64,000 bases of DNA from Escherichia coli O157 typing phage 13. Numbering within the stretch: the first letter of the stretch is position 1; every line of letters begins with the position of its first letter. The notes beneath the pieces were generated by a model. The model was not told the DNA's origin. It saw only the letters and a program-made list of their open reading frames with translations, and did not search any database. The translations under genes were made by a program, and so were the position numbers. Below are positions 43,487 to 55,861 of this stretch, piece after piece. Location: sequence record KP869111; one strand, written 5' to 3'.

Positions 43487-46400
43487 CAGTAAAAGCGCCA
43501 GCAGTCACAAGTCTCAGAATATCCAAGTTGTCCGCTAACCAAGTTCAAATACGCTGGGATGACGTTGGTGCTAATTTCTACTATTTCGTAGAAATCGCTG
43601 AGACTAAAACGGCAGACGGGGAAATAATTCCCCCTGCCAGCTACAGATGGATAAATTTAGGATATACCCCTAATAACAACTGGTTCGAAAGTAGCTTAGA
43701 CCCATTAACTTCTTATATTATTCGTGTATCAACTGCCGCTGAAGGCTTCGAGAGATCTGATTGGGTATATACCGAAATATTTGAATCATTTCAGACTAAC
43801 GCGTATACATTTCAACATATGATTGAAATGCAATTGGCTAACACTTTTATTAGAGAAAAATTTACAAATAACAACATGGCTTATGTCGATTTTAATAACG
43901 ACACTATAATGGCAGCTCTAATGAATGAATCGTTCCAATTTAGCCCTGCTTATGCAGATATTTCATCTATTAAAAATTTCATTATTGGCGAAAATGAGTA
44001 TCATGAAATTCAAGGTTCGATTCAACAGGTGTGTCATGATATAAACCGTGTTTATTTGATGGAATCCGAAGGAATTCTTTATTTGTTTGAACGGTATCAG
44101 CCTGTGGTTAAAGTCTCTAATGATAAGGGACAAACCTGGAAATCGGTTAAATTGTTTAATGACCGTGTAGGGTACCCTGTATCAAGAACAGTGTATTACC
44201 AGACAGATTACACCACGTATGTTCTTGGGTATGATAAATTATTTTACGGCCGTAAATCAACTGACGTTCGTTGGTCTGCTGATGATGTGAGATTTAGTTC
44301 TCAAGATATAACATTTGCTAAAATTGGTGACCAGTTAAATTTAGGATTTGATGTAGAAATATTTGGTAACTACGCATCATTACCTGCTAACGTGTCACGT
44401 ATTGCAGAAGCTATCGTTTGCAATGACGATTATGTGTACGTCGCTGCTCGAGATAAAGTTCGTTTTATTAAAACTAGTAATGCCCCTATCGATTCAGACC
44501 CGTTATCTCCGACGTATTCCGAACGTTTGTTTGAACAAGAAACATTTAACATCACAGGTAACCCTAAGGCAGTTTGTTATAAAATGGATTCTGTCGGCGG
44601 TAAAATATTTGCACTGATTATCGGTGAAGTTGTTAATCTTAATGACGACCCGAGGACCACTCCTATTGTTGATTCTGCTGATAAGGGTATTTACGTTCTA
44701 GACCATGATGCTGGCACATTTAAACGTGTGTTTGGTAATACTGAAGAAGAACGCCGTCGTATTGAACCTGGGTACACCAGTATGTCTACTGATGGTGTTG
44801 AGTTATCTATTTCATCTAGTAATTTTAAATTTCTAGAATCGGATATTGTTGATGACCCAAAAACGCAAATCAAGTACGGTTTAATCGGTGCTGTTAAATA
44901 TGAGTATCCTCGCGAATGGTTGGCTGATAAACATTATCATATGATGGCATTTATTTCAACTGAAGACTCTCAATGGGAATCGTTCACTCCTCAACCGATG
45001 GAATACTATGCTGAGCCATTCTTTAGTTATTCTAGAAAGTCTGGTACTCGTTGTTGGATTAATAACTCAGACAAGGCCGTTGTAATTTATTCTGATTTAC
45101 TTTACACTAAGGTTATTGAGAATCATCCACTTAGTTCTTCAGACCGTGAAGTTCATGAATATTGGAAGGACGGTGACTGTACAATAGTGATGCCTAACGT
45201 GGATTTCACCGGATTTAAAAAATATGCATCCGGCATGATTTTCTATAAATCATCAGGTGAGATTATTTCTTATTATGATTTTAGTTATCGTGTTAGAGAT
45301 AATGTTTCTATAATTTGGAAGCCTACTAATATATTCTTAACAGCATCATTACAAAACCAAGAAAAAGATACCACATGGACTCCTGTAGAAGAGAATGGTA
45401 TTGCAGACCCAGATTTACGTCCATTGCTCACTACAATGATGCCGGAGTCTTATCTTTTAGATAATACAAACTTTGAAGCGTTCTGCGAGGCTTATATTCA
45501 GTATCTTTCTGACGGTTATGGGACCCATTATAACAACCTTTTGAATCTTATTAAAAATCAATATCCGCGCGAAGAACATGCGTGGGAATACTTATGGTCT
45601 GAGATTTATAAACGAAACATTTACTTAAACGCCGAAAAACGCGATTTAGTGTCTCGTTTCTTTGAATCAAGAAGTTATGACTTCTATTCAACTAAAGGAA
45701 CTGAAGCATCATATAAATTCTTGTTTAAAGTGCTTTATAACGAAGATGTTGAAATTGAAATTGAATCTAGTTCCGGGACCGAATATGATATCATCATTGA
45801 ATCTGATTCGTTGACAGAAGATTTGGTCGGACAAACCATATACACCGCTACAGGACGTTGTAATGTGACGTATATCGAGAGAAGTTACTCTAAAGGTAAA
45901 TTACAATGGACTGTAACAATTCACAACCTCTTAGGTCGTTTAATCCAAGGACAGGAAGTTAAAGCTGAAAGACTCCCTGGTTTTGAAGGTGAAATTGTTC
46001 GTGGTATTAAAGGTAAAGAGCTTTCTCAGAACAACATCGATTACATAAATCGTGGTAGAGCATACTACGTAATGAAGATTAAATCTAAACTTCCGTCATC
46101 TCGTTGGAAATCAGACGTATTACGTTTTGTTCATCCGGTTGGATTTGGATTTATCGCAATTACCCTTCTCACAATGTTTATTAACACCGGATTAACACTT
46201 AAACATGTTGAAACCATTATTAATAAATACAAAAACTATAAGTGGGATTCTGGATTACCGACTAAATATGCAGACCGAGTGGCTAAATTAGACCCACAAG
46301 GAAATGTTGAGTTTGACCCTATTACAGGTAAAGCGATATATGAAATAGGCCCTATGGCTGGTCAAGATTATCCATTGCCTGAAGATTATAACGCTGAAAA

Positions 46401-46581
46401 CAATAACTCCATATTTCAAGGTCAACTTCCATCGGAACGACGTAAACTGATGAGCCCATTATTTGATGCGTCCGGAACAACATTCTCTAGATTTAGAGAT
46501 TTGGTTGAACAACGGTTAATCGATAATGTAGGAAATCCAAGAGACCCCGTGAATCCACCACAGGTTAAATTAGATGAATGA
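43483..46581 (+). CDS. 7: Baseplate wedge initiator gp7
   Basis: 1032 aa, identical length to T4 gp7; synteny. Confidence 0.95.
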   Translation: MTVKAPAVTSLRISKLSANQVQIRWDDVGANFYYFVEIAETKTADGEIIPPASYRWINLGYTPNNNWFESSLDPLTSYIIRVSTAAEGFERSDWVYTEIFESFQTNAYTFQHMIEMQLANTFIREKFTNNNMAYVDFNNDTIMAALMNESFQFSPAYADISSIKNFIIGENEYHEIQGSIQQVCHDINRVYLMESEGILYLFERYQPVVKVSNDKGQTWKSVKLFNDRVGYPVSRTVYYQTDYTTYVLGYDKLFYGRKSTDVRWSADDVRFSSQDITFAKIGDQLNLGFDVEIFGNYASLPANVSRIAEAIVCNDDYVYVAARDKVRFIKTSNAPIDSDPLSPTYSERLFEQETFNITGNPKAVCYKMDSVGGKIFALIIGEVVNLNDDPRTTPIVDSADKGIYVLDHDAGTFKRVFGNTEEERRRIEPGYTSMSTDGVELSISSSNFKFLESDIVDDPKTQIKYGLIGAVKYEYPREWLADKHYHMMAFISTEDSQWESFTPQPMEYYAEPFFSYSRKSGTRCWINNSDKAVVIYSDLLYTKVIENHPLSSSDREVHEYWKDGDCTIVMPNVDFTGFKKYASGMIFYKSSGEIISYYDFSYRVRDNVSIIWKPTNIFLTASLQNQEKDTTWTPVEENGIADPDLRPLLTTMMPESYLLDNTNFEAFCEAYIQYLSDGYGTHYNNLLNLIKNQYPREEHAWEYLWSEIYKRNIYLNAEKRDLVSRFFESRSYDFYSTKGTEASYKFLFKVLYNEDVEIEIESSSGTEYDIIIESDSLTEDLVGQTIYTATGRCNVTYIERSYSKGKLQWTVTIHNLLGRLIQGQEVKAERLPGFEGEIVRGIKGKELSQNNIDYINRGRAYYVMKIKSKLPSSRWKSDVLRFVHPVGFGFIAITLLTMFINTGLTLKHVETIINKYKNYKWDSGLPTKYADRVAKLDPQGNVEFDPITGKAIYEIGPMAGQDYPLPEDYNAENNNSIFQGQLPSERRKLMSPLFDASGTTFSRFRDLVEQRLIDNVGNPRDPVNPPQVKLDE

Positions 46582-47578
46582 TTCAAGTGTTATCTATCGT
46601 GCAATAGTTACATCAAAATTTAGAACAGAGAAAATGCTGAATTTTTATAATTCAGTTGGGGATGGAGATGATAAGAACTCCATTTATATTACGTTTGGAC
46701 GTTCAGAGCCTTGGGCGTCAAATGAAAATGAGGTGGGCTTCGCCCCACCTTATCCTACAGATTCTGTTCTTGGTGTTACTGATATGTGGACCCATATGAT
46801 GGGTACCGTTAAAGTTTTACCTTCAATGTTAGATTCTGTTATTCCTAGACGTGATTGGGGAGATGTGCGATATCCAGACCCTTACACGTTTAGAATTAAC
46901 GATATAGTCGCATGTAATACTGCTCCGTACAACGCGACAGAAGTTGGAGCTGGTTGGTTAATTTACCGTTGTTTAGATGTCCCTGACGTAGGGCTCTGTT
47001 CAATAGAATCTTTAGATAATAAAGATGAATGTCTTAAATTAGGTGGTAAATGGACTCCGTCTGTTCGTTCTATGTCTCCTCCTGAAGGCAGAGGCGATGC
47101 TAATGGGGTCATCGAAACAGGTGATGGATATATTTGGGAATATCTTTATGAGATTCCTGCTGATGTGTCAATTAACCGTTGCACTAACGAATATCTTGTA
47201 GTTCCATGGCCGGAAGAAATTAAAGAAGACCCCACCCGTTGGGGATATGAAAATAACTTAACTTGGCAACAAGATGACTACGGTTTGATTTACCGTGTTA
47301 AAGCTAATACGATGCGGTTTAAAGCATATTTTGATTCTGTTTATTTCCCTGAGGCAGCTTTGCCTGGTAACAAGGGTTTTAGACAGATATCAATTATCGC
47401 AAACCCGTTAGAAGCTAAGAAAAATCCAAATGACCCTAATGTTAAAGCAGAAAAGGATTATTACGACCCTAGAGACCTGCAACGTCATTCCGGTGAAATG
47501 ATTTATATGGAAAACCGACCACCTGTTATTATGGCAATGGACCAAACAGAAGAAATTAACATTTTGTTTATGTTTTAA
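46574..47578 (+). CDS. 8: Baseplate wedge protein gp8
   Basis: 334 aa, identical length to T4 gp8; synteny. Confidence 0.95.
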   Translation: MNDSSVIYRAIVTSKFRTEKMLNFYNSVGDGDDKNSIYITFGRSEPWASNENEVGFAPPYPTDSVLGVTDMWTHMMGTVKVLPSMLDSVIPRRDWGDVRYPDPYTFRINDIVACNTAPYNATEVGAGWLIYRCLDVPDVGLCSIESLDNKDECLKLGGKWTPSVRSMSPPEGRGDANGVIETGDGYIWEYLYEIPADVSINRCTNEYLVVPWPEEIKEDPTRWGYENNLTWQQDDYGLIYRVKANTMRFKAYFDSVYFPEAALPGNKGFRQISIIANPLEAKKNPNDPNVKAEKDYYDPRDLQRHSGEMIYMENRPPVIMAMDQTEEINILFMF

Positions 47579-47581
47579 TTA

Positions 47582-47606
47582 GGGAGCCTTCGGGCTCCCA
47601 TTTTTG
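47582..47606 (+). terminator. Rho-independent terminator after gene 8
   Basis: GGGAGCC-TTCG-GGCTCCC followed by ATTTTTG. Confidence 0.7.
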
Positions 47607-47610
47607 TATC

Positions 47611-47618
47611 TATAAATA
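47611..47618 (+). promoter_or_regulatory. Late promoter TATAAATA (for gene 9)
   Basis: Exact TATAAATA 33 nt upstream of the gene 9 ATG. Confidence 0.7.
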
Positions 47619-47650
47619 GAATATAATATCGGACAACAAAAGGCAGAATT

Positions 47651-48523
47651 ATGGCATTTTTTAAGCAAACTCCTAAACAATTAATCGATACCGGCGAAAT
47701 TGGTAATGCCTCAACAGGTGATATCTTATTCGACGGTGGTAATAAAATAAATGACGATATCAACGCTATTTACAATGCATTTGGCGATCAACGTAAAATG
47801 GCCGTAGCAGATGGAACCGGACCTACAGGTCAAACTATTCATGCCACAGGTTATTATCAAAAAGGAAAGGCAGCCGATTATCAAACTCCTATTAAACCCG
47901 GCACCATGCATGATATTGATGCTTCTGATGGCGGTGTGATTGTTATTATTGACCGTCCTGAATTAGGTGACTCTGTAGAATTCATAAACTCTAATGGGTC
48001 TATTTCTGTTAACAATCCTTTAAGTATCCAAGTAACTGATGGTTCGATTAAAGGTGTTCTTAATAATCTTGTTATTTCCACCCCTTATACCCATGTTGTT
48101 CTTCGTTGTGTTGAACTTAATGGGCCAACTTCAGTATGGAATTATTCTACTGATAGCATGTTTGGGCAGAAAGAATCTCCTGTCGATGGGACTTGGAGTC
48201 TTACAGGAAACACAGTTTCTATTCCTCTGTTTTATCGCACGGATTATAACATGGCCAAATTGCTTGTTACATGCCAATCCGCCGACGGTAGAAAAATAAA
48301 AACATGCGAAATAAATATTCTAATAGATACAATTAACTCAGAAGTTCTTTCTACCGAATTTGCAGTAATGCGAGTTGGTAATGTAGATGAAACCGACGAG
48401 ATTGCTAATATTAGCTTTAGTATTATTAACAACTTTGCTACTATGACGATTACATCCGATATTATTGGATTACGTTCGGCAGTTAAAATTATCTCAACTC
48501 AGAAAATTGGGGTCGCTCAATAA
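47651..48523 (+). CDS. 9: Baseplate wedge tail fiber connector gp9
   Basis: 290 aa; KQLIDTGEIGNASTGDILFDGGNKIN matches recalled T4 gp9 (288 aa). Confidence 0.93.
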   Translation: MAFFKQTPKQLIDTGEIGNASTGDILFDGGNKINDDINAIYNAFGDQRKMAVADGTGPTGQTIHATGYYQKGKAADYQTPIKPGTMHDIDASDGGVIVIIDRPELGDSVEFINSNGSISVNNPLSIQVTDGSIKGVLNNLVISTPYTHVVLRCVELNGPTSVWNYSTDSMFGQKESPVDGTWSLTGNTVSIPLFYRTDYNMAKLLVTCQSADGRKIKTCEINILIDTINSEVLSTEFAVMRVGNVDETDEIANISFSIINNFATMTITSDIIGLRSAVKIISTQKIGVAQ

Positions 48524-50328
48524 TGAAACAAAATATTAAAATTGGTAACGTCGTTGATGACGGACAAGGCGATTACCTTCGTCGAGGTGGTGAAAAAATA
48601 AATGAGAACTTTGACGAAATCTATTATGAATTAGGTGATGGTGAAGTTCCTTATGCAGCTGGTGCATGGAAGACTTATGATGCGGCTGATGGTCTTAATC
48701 TTAAGGCTGCTTGGGGTAAATCTTATGCAATTAATACTACTTCTGGGCGAGTTTCGGTAAATCTTCCTAAAGGGACAATTGCAGACTATAATAAAGTTAT
48801 TCGTGCTCGTGACGTATTTGCAACTTGGAACATTAACCCTGTTACTTTAATTCCGGCAAACGGAGACACGATTAAAGGTTCTTCATCTCCGGTAGAAATT
48901 AACGTTCAGTTCTCTGATTTAGAATTAGTTTATTGTGCTCCTGGACGTTGGGAATACATCAAGAACAAACAAATTGATAAAATAGTTAGCTCTGACATTA
49001 GTAATGTTGCTCGTAGAGAATATCTTGTTGAAACCCAAGGTCAGACCGATTTCATGGATGTTTTTAACGGGACCTCTTATAACGTTAACAACATTCGCGT
49101 AAAACATCGTGGCAACGAATTGTATTATGGTGATGTATTCAGTGATAATAGTGATTTTGGTTCTCCGGGCGCTAATCCTGGTGAACTGGTTGCACTCGAT
49201 GGATTTAATATTAGATTACGCCAACCATGTAATGTTGGGGACACTGTACAAATTGAGACATTCCTAGACGGTGTTTCTCAGTGGCGTAGTTCATATACTC
49301 GTCGCCAAGTTCGCATTTTAGATAGTAAATTGACTGCTAAAAAGTCTATTGACGGAAGTATTTACGTCACTGATTTGAGTACGTTCAGGTCTATTCCATT
49401 TACAGCATTTGGTATTAATCCTACGGAACCACCTAACCCGAATTCATTAGAAGTTCGCTTCAATGGTATTCTCCAAGAATTAGCTGGTACTGTTGGAACT
49501 CCTATTTTCCGTTGTGAAGGTGTGGATGCTGATTCTGAAGAGTCATGCGCTAATCTCGGTGGGACATGGACTCAATCGTATACAGATTATGCGATTGAAT
49601 ATACTGATAATATCCCTAGCGCAATTCTGTTTGACCGTCAATTTGAAGACCAAGACATTATTACCATAACATGGTTTAATAACGATTTAGGAACTCTTCT
49701 TGAAATGGAAGAAATTCTTGATGTCGCTGATGAGAAATATGTTTCTCAAGGGTCTAACATTGAAATTACTGGTGACGTTGCATTAACCGATTTCGATAAA
49801 ATTGGATGGCCTAATGTAGAACCTGTTCCTAAGTATGAACGTGAATTCTCGACTATCTCAGCAATATTTGACACAATTTATCCTGTTGGGACTATTTACG
49901 AAAATGCTGTTAACCCTAATAATCCGGCCACTTATTTAGGTTTTGGTTCATGGAAAATTTGGGGGCAAGGCAAAGTATTAGCAGGTTGGAATGACGACGC
50001 GTCGGATCCTAATTTTGCATTAAATAATAATGACCTTGACGTCAATGGTAACCCTACTCATACCGCAGGTGGTACCGTTGGTGTAACAACCATCACATTA
50101 GAAAATGCTGATTTACCGGCTACACAAACCGATGAAAAGGTTCTTATTTCTGATGATAATGGTACAGTAATTATAGGCGGCTGCCAATATGACCCGGATG
50201 AAGAAGGTCCTATTTACACTAAATATCGTGAAGACCATGCAAAGACTAATGGATCTCATGTTCCAGCGCGTTCTATAACTAATATTCAGCCATCTATAAC
50301 TGTATACCGTTGGGTAAGGATTGCATAA
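48523..50328 (+). CDS. 10: Baseplate wedge subunit and tail pin gp10
   Basis: 601 aa (T4 gp10 is 602 aa); synteny. Confidence 0.93.
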   Translation: MKQNIKIGNVVDDGQGDYLRRGGEKINENFDEIYYELGDGEVPYAAGAWKTYDAADGLNLKAAWGKSYAINTTSGRVSVNLPKGTIADYNKVIRARDVFATWNINPVTLIPANGDTIKGSSSPVEINVQFSDLELVYCAPGRWEYIKNKQIDKIVSSDISNVARREYLVETQGQTDFMDVFNGTSYNVNNIRVKHRGNELYYGDVFSDNSDFGSPGANPGELVALDGFNIRLRQPCNVGDTVQIETFLDGVSQWRSSYTRRQVRILDSKLTAKKSIDGSIYVTDLSTFRSIPFTAFGINPTEPPNPNSLEVRFNGILQELAGTVGTPIFRCEGVDADSEESCANLGGTWTQSYTDYAIEYTDNIPSAILFDRQFEDQDIITITWFNNDLGTLLEMEEILDVADEKYVSQGSNIEITGDVALTDFDKIGWPNVEPVPKYEREFSTISAIFDTIYPVGTIYENAVNPNNPATYLGFGSWKIWGQGKVLAGWNDDASDPNFALNNNDLDVNGNPTHTAGGTVGVTTITLENADLPATQTDEKVLISDDNGTVIIGGCQYDPDEEGPIYTKYREDHAKTNGSHVPARSITNIQPSITVYRWVRIA

Positions 50329-50987
50329 TGACTGTACTTAATACAAAGGCGGGAGTTATTTCCCGTCATGCTGATTTTTTGAATTACAGAAAAAATCCAG
50401 ATCAAATTGATGTTTTAAACAACCAAGCTGTAGGTTCCGTGACTATTTCTCAGTTAGCTCGCGGTTTTTATGATGCTAACGTAGAATCTGCAATAAATGA
50501 TGTCCATAATATGGCACGAGCTGATATTGGTACTGTTGTCACAAACACTTCAGGCGTATCGCCTGAAGGTACAGCACAAGTTGATTATTGGACTTTTTCT
50601 GGTGATGTTCTCGACGATACTTTGGCCCCTGGAACGCCGGTCGTTATTAACGTATTTGGACTTGCTGTTAAAGCAACAATCGGTATGACTGATAACGAAT
50701 TAACGGCACAAGTTCGTATAGCTTTACAAGAAGCCATTGCTAATCAAATCGCTATTTCTTCTTATAAAGACCATCCGTCCGAAGGTAATAAACTTCAGGT
50801 GACATATTTAGATAACCAACGTCATGTGTTGCCAACATATGCTTCGTTTGGTGTAACAATTTCGCAAGAAATTTTGTCTGAAGCAAAATCCGGATACGGA
50901 ACATGGAATTTACTGGGTGCCCAAACGGTTACTCTTGATAACCATAATACTCCTACCGTTTTCTACCACTTTGTGAGAGCCTCATGA
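50328..50987 (+). CDS. 11: Baseplate wedge subunit and tail pin gp11
   Basis: Track ORF 50310-50987; ATG at 50328 overlaps the gp10 stop and gives 219 aa, the T4 gp11 length. Confidence 0.9.
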   Translation: MTVLNTKAGVISRHADFLNYRKNPDQIDVLNNQAVGSVTISQLARGFYDANVESAINDVHNMARADIGTVVTNTSGVSPEGTAQVDYWTFSGDVLDDTLAPGTPVVINVFGLAVKATIGMTDNELTAQVRIALQEAIANQIAISSYKDHPSEGNKLQVTYLDNQRHVLPTYASFGVTISQEILSEAKSGYGTWNLLGAQTVTLDNHNTPTVFYHFVRAS

Positions 50988-52639
50988 GTAATAACAATAC
51001 ATACCAACACGTTTCAAACGAATCCATTTACGTTGAATTCGACCCTACGGGGTCGAATTTTCCAGATACAGTCACTAATGTCCAAGCCGCATTAGCTGCT
51101 ATTTCTCCTTCAGGTGTTAATGGTGTACCGGAAGCAACAACTACTACACCAGGAATTATTCAAATAGCTACTCCACAAGAAGTTATTGATGGACTAGATA
51201 ATAGTAAAGCTGTTACTCCGGCATCACTGAATGCTCGTCTACAATATCCTAATGCAACCGAAACTCAATATGGCTTAACTCGTTATGCTACTGAAGATGA
51301 AGCAGTAACAGGAACTATTGACGATGCATCAATTACTCCGCTTAAATTGAATCAAAAAATAGACAATGTATTCCAGACAAAAGTGTCAACAGAAGCATCA
51401 AATGGTGTAATTAAAATTTCGACTTCTGCTGCGGCATTAGCCGGTTCTGACGATACGACGGCAATGACTCCGTTAAAAACGCAACAATTGGCAATTAAAC
51501 TTATTTCGCAAATTGCTCCAAATAATAGTGACGCCACTGAATCTATTACCGGTGTTGTTCGTTTGGCTACAGTTGCTCAAGCGCAACAAGGCACCCTGCG
51601 TGAAGGCTATGCAATTTCACCTTATACCTTTATGAATTCAGTAGCATCAGAAACTAATAAAGGTGTCGTTAAACTAGGGACACAGACTGAAGTAAATAGT
51701 AACAACTCTTCAGTTGTAGTGACCGGCGCAACATTAAACGNNNNNNNNNNNNNNNNNNNNNNNNNNNNNNNNNNNNNNNNNNNNNNNNNNNNNNNNNNNN
51801 NNNNNNNNNNNNNNCGTGGGGCTACAACTTCTTTACGTGGAGTTGTTCGTTTAACTACACAAGCTGGTAGCCAATCAGGTGGTGATGGTTCTTCTGCCCT
51901 TGCTTGGAATGCTGATGTTATCCACCAACGAGGCGGACAAACTATTAATGGCACGCTTCGCATTAATAATACGTTGACTGTTGGTTCTGGTGGCGCTAAT
52001 ATAACGGGTAATGTCAATATGACCGGTGGTTATATTCAAGGCAATCGTATTGTGACTCAAAATGAATTAGACCGAATTCTCCCAGTTGGCGCTATTACAA
52101 TGTGGGCTGCAGATAGTTTACCGAGTTCTGACTGGCGCTTCTGTCACGGTGGGACCGTTTCTGCTTCAGAATGTCCGGTATATGCTTCCAGAATTGGGAC
52201 ACGATATGGCGGTAGTTCTTCTAACCCAGGCTTGCCTGATATGCGTGGATTATTTGTTCGCGGCTCAGGTCGTGGCTCTCACTTAACAAATCCAAATGTT
52301 AATGGTAATGACCAGTTTGGTAAGCCTAGATTAGGTGTAGGTTGTACCGGTGGATATGTCGGTGAAGTGCAAAAACAACAGATGTCATATCATAAGCATG
52401 CTGGCGGTTTTGGTGAACATGATGATTCTGGAGCATTCGGTAATACCCGTAGATCAAATTTTGTTGGTACACGTAAAGGACTTGACTGGGATAACCGTTC
52501 ATACTTCACCAATGACGGATATGAAATTGACCCGGCATCACAACGAAATTCCAAATATACATTAAATCGTCCTGAATTAATTGGAAATGAAACACGTCCA
52601 TGGAACATTTCTTTAAACTATATCATTAAGGTAAAATAA
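50984..52639 (+). CDS. 12: Short tail fiber gp12 (interior partly masked by N-run)
   Basis: 551 aa including 74 N (51741-51814); synteny between gp11 and wac; repetitive Gly/Thr-rich fibre sequence. Confidence 0.88.
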   Translation: MSNNNTYQHVSNESIYVEFDPTGSNFPDTVTNVQAALAAISPSGVNGVPEATTTTPGIIQIATPQEVIDGLDNSKAVTPASLNARLQYPNATETQYGLTRYATEDEAVTGTIDDASITPLKLNQKIDNVFQTKVSTEASNGVIKISTSAAALAGSDDTTAMTPLKTQQLAIKLISQIAPNNSDATESITGVVRLATVAQAQQGTLREGYAISPYTFMNSVASETNKGVVKLGTQTEVNSNNSSVVVTGATLNXXXXXXXXXXXXXXXXXXXXXXXXXRGATTSLRGVVRLTTQAGSQSGGDGSSALAWNADVIHQRGGQTINGTLRINNTLTVGSGGANITGNVNMTGGYIQGNRIVTQNELDRILPVGAITMWAADSLPSSDWRFCHGGTVSASECPVYASRIGTRYGGSSSNPGLPDMRGLFVRGSGRGSHLTNPNVNGNDQFGKPRLGVGCTGGYVGEVQKQQMSYHKHAGGFGEHDDSGAFGNTRRSNFVGTRKGLDWDNRSYFTNDGYEIDPASQRNSKYTLNRPELIGNETRPWNISLNYIIKVK

Positions 52640-54087
52640 TGGCTGATATAACTCTGGTAGATTTACCATATGTTGACGGCCCGCCAGACGCGGGTCAGAG
52701 TCGTATTGAATGGATTAAAAACGATGAAGAAATAACAGGTGCTGACACAAAATACGGTTCTGAAGGTGTAATGAACCGTCCTATTGTTGAAGTTCAACGT
52801 AACGTAGAAGCGTTAGATGTTAATATTAAAACTATAGCATCTTCTTTGAATACGGCCAATGAAGATATCAAAGCTATTCAAGGTATTTTAGATGTTTCTG
52901 GGGATGTTGATGCTCTTGCACAGATAGGCCAGAACACCCAAGATATTGATGTCATTAAAGTCACAGTTCAAACCCATGCTAGTGAATTGAATGATTTGAA
53001 TGAACATATTGATGCGAATACTGATGATATTGGTGTTTATAATCAGGAAAAAGATTCAGTTTATAGAACGGTTCGTAACGACCTGCTTTGGATTAAAAAT
53101 GAATTAGGACAATATACTGGTCAAGATATTAATGGGGTTCCTACTCCAGGAAATGATAGCACTGGTATGAAACGCCGTATTATGACTAATAGCTCCGTAA
53201 TTGTTGACCACGGTGTTCGATTAACTGATCTAGAAACTAAATTTGCTGATTCTGACGTCGGCTCTTTAACTACTGAAGTCGAACACTTGCGCGAAGAAAT
53301 GGGACCTCGCACTTCTTTCACTACTCCAGTGTTTAGTCGTCTTTCCAGTATTGATTTAACTTTGTCGCGTCAAAATGCTGACTTGGATGGCATTAAACAG
53401 TCTATTGGGTATCCTAATACGACTTCTATTATTACTACCACTAATGCAAATAGTTCAGCAATAAACGACATTAATCTTGAGCTCAATCAATCAGGTGGTA
53501 TTAAACCTCGTTTGACTACAGTAGAAACTGCCATTGGCGCTGATGATTTGCCTACTACAATCCAAGGACGTATTAAACTCAATACTGATGCTATCGGAGC
53601 ATTGAACACTGTTGTCGGCTCTGATTCTTCGTCAGGACTGCGTTTTAATGTGTCATGGTTAAATAACGTAGTTGGTGTTGACGCTTCAGGCGGAAAACCG
53701 GAACCAGACGGCTCTTTGCTTTATCGTACTCGAGAGCTTGAAGGAACTATCAGTGGGATGAGTAATGACATTCAGAACATTCAAACTGATGTTGGGACTA
53801 CTTCCACAGGAATTAAGGGTTCTGTAAACACATTAAATACTCTTATAAATGGCACCAACCCAAATGGTTCGACTGTTGAAGAACGCGGTATATTGCCTAC
53901 AGTTAAAAGTCATGATACGACAATTAATGGTTTAACTTCTAGAATTGCTACTCTTGAAACTGACTTGGCCGCTGCAGAAGCTGAAATCCAAACTCTTAAG
54001 GACGCTGGATATATTGAAGATGCTCCTTCAGACGGTAAATTCTATGTTCGCAAAGATGGTGCATGGGTTGAACTTCCTACAGCTTAA
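52639..54087 (+). CDS. wac: Fibritin (whisker antigen control) Wac
   Basis: 482 aa; coiled-coil heptads and foldon-like C-terminus GYIEDAPSDGKFYVRKDGAWVELPTA; matches recalled T4 fibritin. Confidence 0.9.
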   Translation: MADITLVDLPYVDGPPDAGQSRIEWIKNDEEITGADTKYGSEGVMNRPIVEVQRNVEALDVNIKTIASSLNTANEDIKAIQGILDVSGDVDALAQIGQNTQDIDVIKVTVQTHASELNDLNEHIDANTDDIGVYNQEKDSVYRTVRNDLLWIKNELGQYTGQDINGVPTPGNDSTGMKRRIMTNSSVIVDHGVRLTDLETKFADSDVGSLTTEVEHLREEMGPRTSFTTPVFSRLSSIDLTLSRQNADLDGIKQSIGYPNTTSIITTTNANSSAINDINLELNQSGGIKPRLTTVETAIGADDLPTTIQGRIKLNTDAIGALNTVVGSDSSSGLRFNVSWLNNVVGVDASGGKPEPDGSLLYRTRELEGTISGMSNDIQNIQTDVGTTSTGIKGSVNTLNTLINGTNPNGSTVEERGILPTVKSHDTTINGLTSRIATLETDLAAAEAEIQTLKDAGYIEDAPSDGKFYVRKDGAWVELPTA

Positions 54088-54093
54088 TGAAAA

Positions 54094-54107
54094 GGGCCTT
54101 CGGGCCC
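54094..54107 (+). other. UUCG-tetraloop hairpin after wac (weak terminator or RNA stability element)
   Basis: GGGCC-TTCG-GGCCC; no strong downstream U-run. Confidence 0.45.
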
Positions 54108-54119
54108 TAAAGGATTTAT

Positions 54120-55046
54120 ATGTCAGGTTATAATGCACAAAACCCTAAAGAATTAAAGGATGTAATATTACGTCGTTTAGGCGCTCCTATTGTAAATGTT
54201 GAATTAACTACGGACCAAATTTATGATTGTATTTCACGAGCGTTAGAACTTTATGGCGAATACCATTTTGACGGGTTGAATAAAGGTTTCCATGTATTTT
54301 TTGTTGATGACGAAGAAAAATACCGTCACGGCGTATTTGATATGCGTGGTTCTAATGTATTTGCCGTAACAAGAATTATAAGAACAAATGTTGGCTCTAT
54401 TACTTCAATGGATGGTAATGCAACTTATCCATGGTTCACCGATTTCCTTTTAGGAATGGCTGGTGTTTCAGGTGGTATGGGTAGTAATTGTGGTAAATTC
54501 TACGGTCCGAACGCTTTTGGCGCTGACCTCGGGTATTATTCTCAATTAGTATCTTATATGGGTATGCTTCAAGATATGATTGCTCCTCTTCCAGATTTTT
54601 GGTTTAACTCTGCAAACGAGCAATTAAAAGTAATGGGTAACTTTAGACAAAAAGATGTCATTATCGTTGAATCGTATGTTCGCTCTTATATCGAGACCCA
54701 TAAGATGGTAGGAAATACAGTAGGGTACGGACAGGTCGGTCCTCGTGATTCATGGTCTATTTCTGAACGTTATGATAATCCAGACCATAATTTGGTCGGA
54801 CGTCGAGTTGGTGAAGATCCTGCAACTAAACAAGGCGCATATAACAACCGCTGGGTTAAAGATTATGCAACTGCATTAGCTAAAGAGCTTAATGGACAAA
54901 TTCTTGCTAAACATCAAGGTATGATGTTACCGGGTGGCGTCACTGTTGATGGTGTTCGATTAATTGAAGAAGCTCGTTTAGAGAAAGAAGCTTTACGAGA
55001 AGAGTTATATTTACTGGACCCTCCTGCAGGTATTTTGGTAGGTTAA
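54120..55046 (+). CDS. 13: Neck protein gp13
   Basis: 308 aa (T4 gp13 is 309 aa); synteny. Confidence 0.93.
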   Translation: MSGYNAQNPKELKDVILRRLGAPIVNVELTTDQIYDCISRALELYGEYHFDGLNKGFHVFFVDDEEKYRHGVFDMRGSNVFAVTRIIRTNVGSITSMDGNATYPWFTDFLLGMAGVSGGMGSNCGKFYGPNAFGADLGYYSQLVSYMGMLQDMIAPLPDFWFNSANEQLKVMGNFRQKDVIIVESYVRSYIETHKMVGNTVGYGQVGPRDSWSISERYDNPDHNLVGRRVGEDPATKQGAYNNRWVKDYATALAKELNGQILAKHQGMMLPGGVTVDGVRLIEEARLEKEALREELYLLDPPAGILVG

Positions 55047-55047
55047 T

Positions 55048-55812
55048 ATGGCAACTTATGATAAAAATCTTTTCGCCAAACTAGAAAATCGTGGTGGGTA
55101 TTCTAAAACTAATGAAACCGAGATTTTAAACAAATATGTGAATTTTAATAATTACGAGAATAGTCAGACATTAGCTGATGTTCTAGTGGCAGAAAGCATA
55201 CAGATGCGCGGTATTGAATGTTTTTATGTTCCACGTGAATATGTTGCCGTGGACCTTATCTTTGGTGAGGACCTTAAAAATAAATTTACTAAAGCATGGA
55301 AATTTGCTGCATATCTGAACTCTTTTGAAGGTTATGAAGGAGCGAAATCGTTCTTCAGCAACTTCGGAATGCAAGTTCAAGACGAAGTTACATTATCTAT
55401 TAACCCAGGTCTTTTCAAACACCAGGTCAACAATCAGGAGCCCAAGGAAGGTGATTTAATATACTTCCCAATGGACAACAGTTTGTTTGAGATTAACTGG
55501 GTTGAACCATATGACCCATTCTATCAAGTAGGTAAAAATGCGATTCGTAAAATTACTGCAGGCAAGTTTATTTACTCTGGCGAAGAAATCAATCCGGTGC
55601 TTCAGAAAAATGAAGGTATCAATATACCTGAATTTAGTGACTTGGAACTTAACCCTGTTAGAAATCTTGACGGTATCCATGACATTAATATCGATGAATA
55701 TTCTGAAGTTGAGCAAATCAATTCAGAGGCAAGTGAATACGTTGAGCCGTATGTAGTAGTTAACAACCGTGGTAGACAAAATTCACCATTTGACGATGGG
55801 TTTATGAATTAA
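55048..55812 (+). CDS. 14: Neck protein gp14
   Basis: 254 aa (T4 gp14 is 256 aa); synteny. Confidence 0.93.
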   Translation: MATYDKNLFAKLENRGGYSKTNETEILNKYVNFNNYENSQTLADVLVAESIQMRGIECFYVPREYVAVDLIFGEDLKNKFTKAWKFAAYLNSFEGYEGAKSFFSNFGMQVQDEVTLSINPGLFKHQVNNQEPKEGDLIYFPMDNSLFEINWVEPYDPFYQVGKNAIRKITAGKFIYSGEEINPVLQKNEGINIPEFSDLELNPVRNLDGIHDINIDEYSEVEQINSEASEYVEPYVVVNNRGRQNSPFDDGFMN

Positions 55813-55861
55813 TAAATAGATAAGATAAAGCAAACACCGGTCGAAAGGCCGGTTAGGAGAA

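Noticed and set aside
47575-47763. 62-aa minus-strand ORF across the gene 8 - gene 9 junction
   Set aside because: Overlaps a terminator hairpin, a late promoter and the gene 9 start; no Shine-Dalgarno; most likely a chance ORF.
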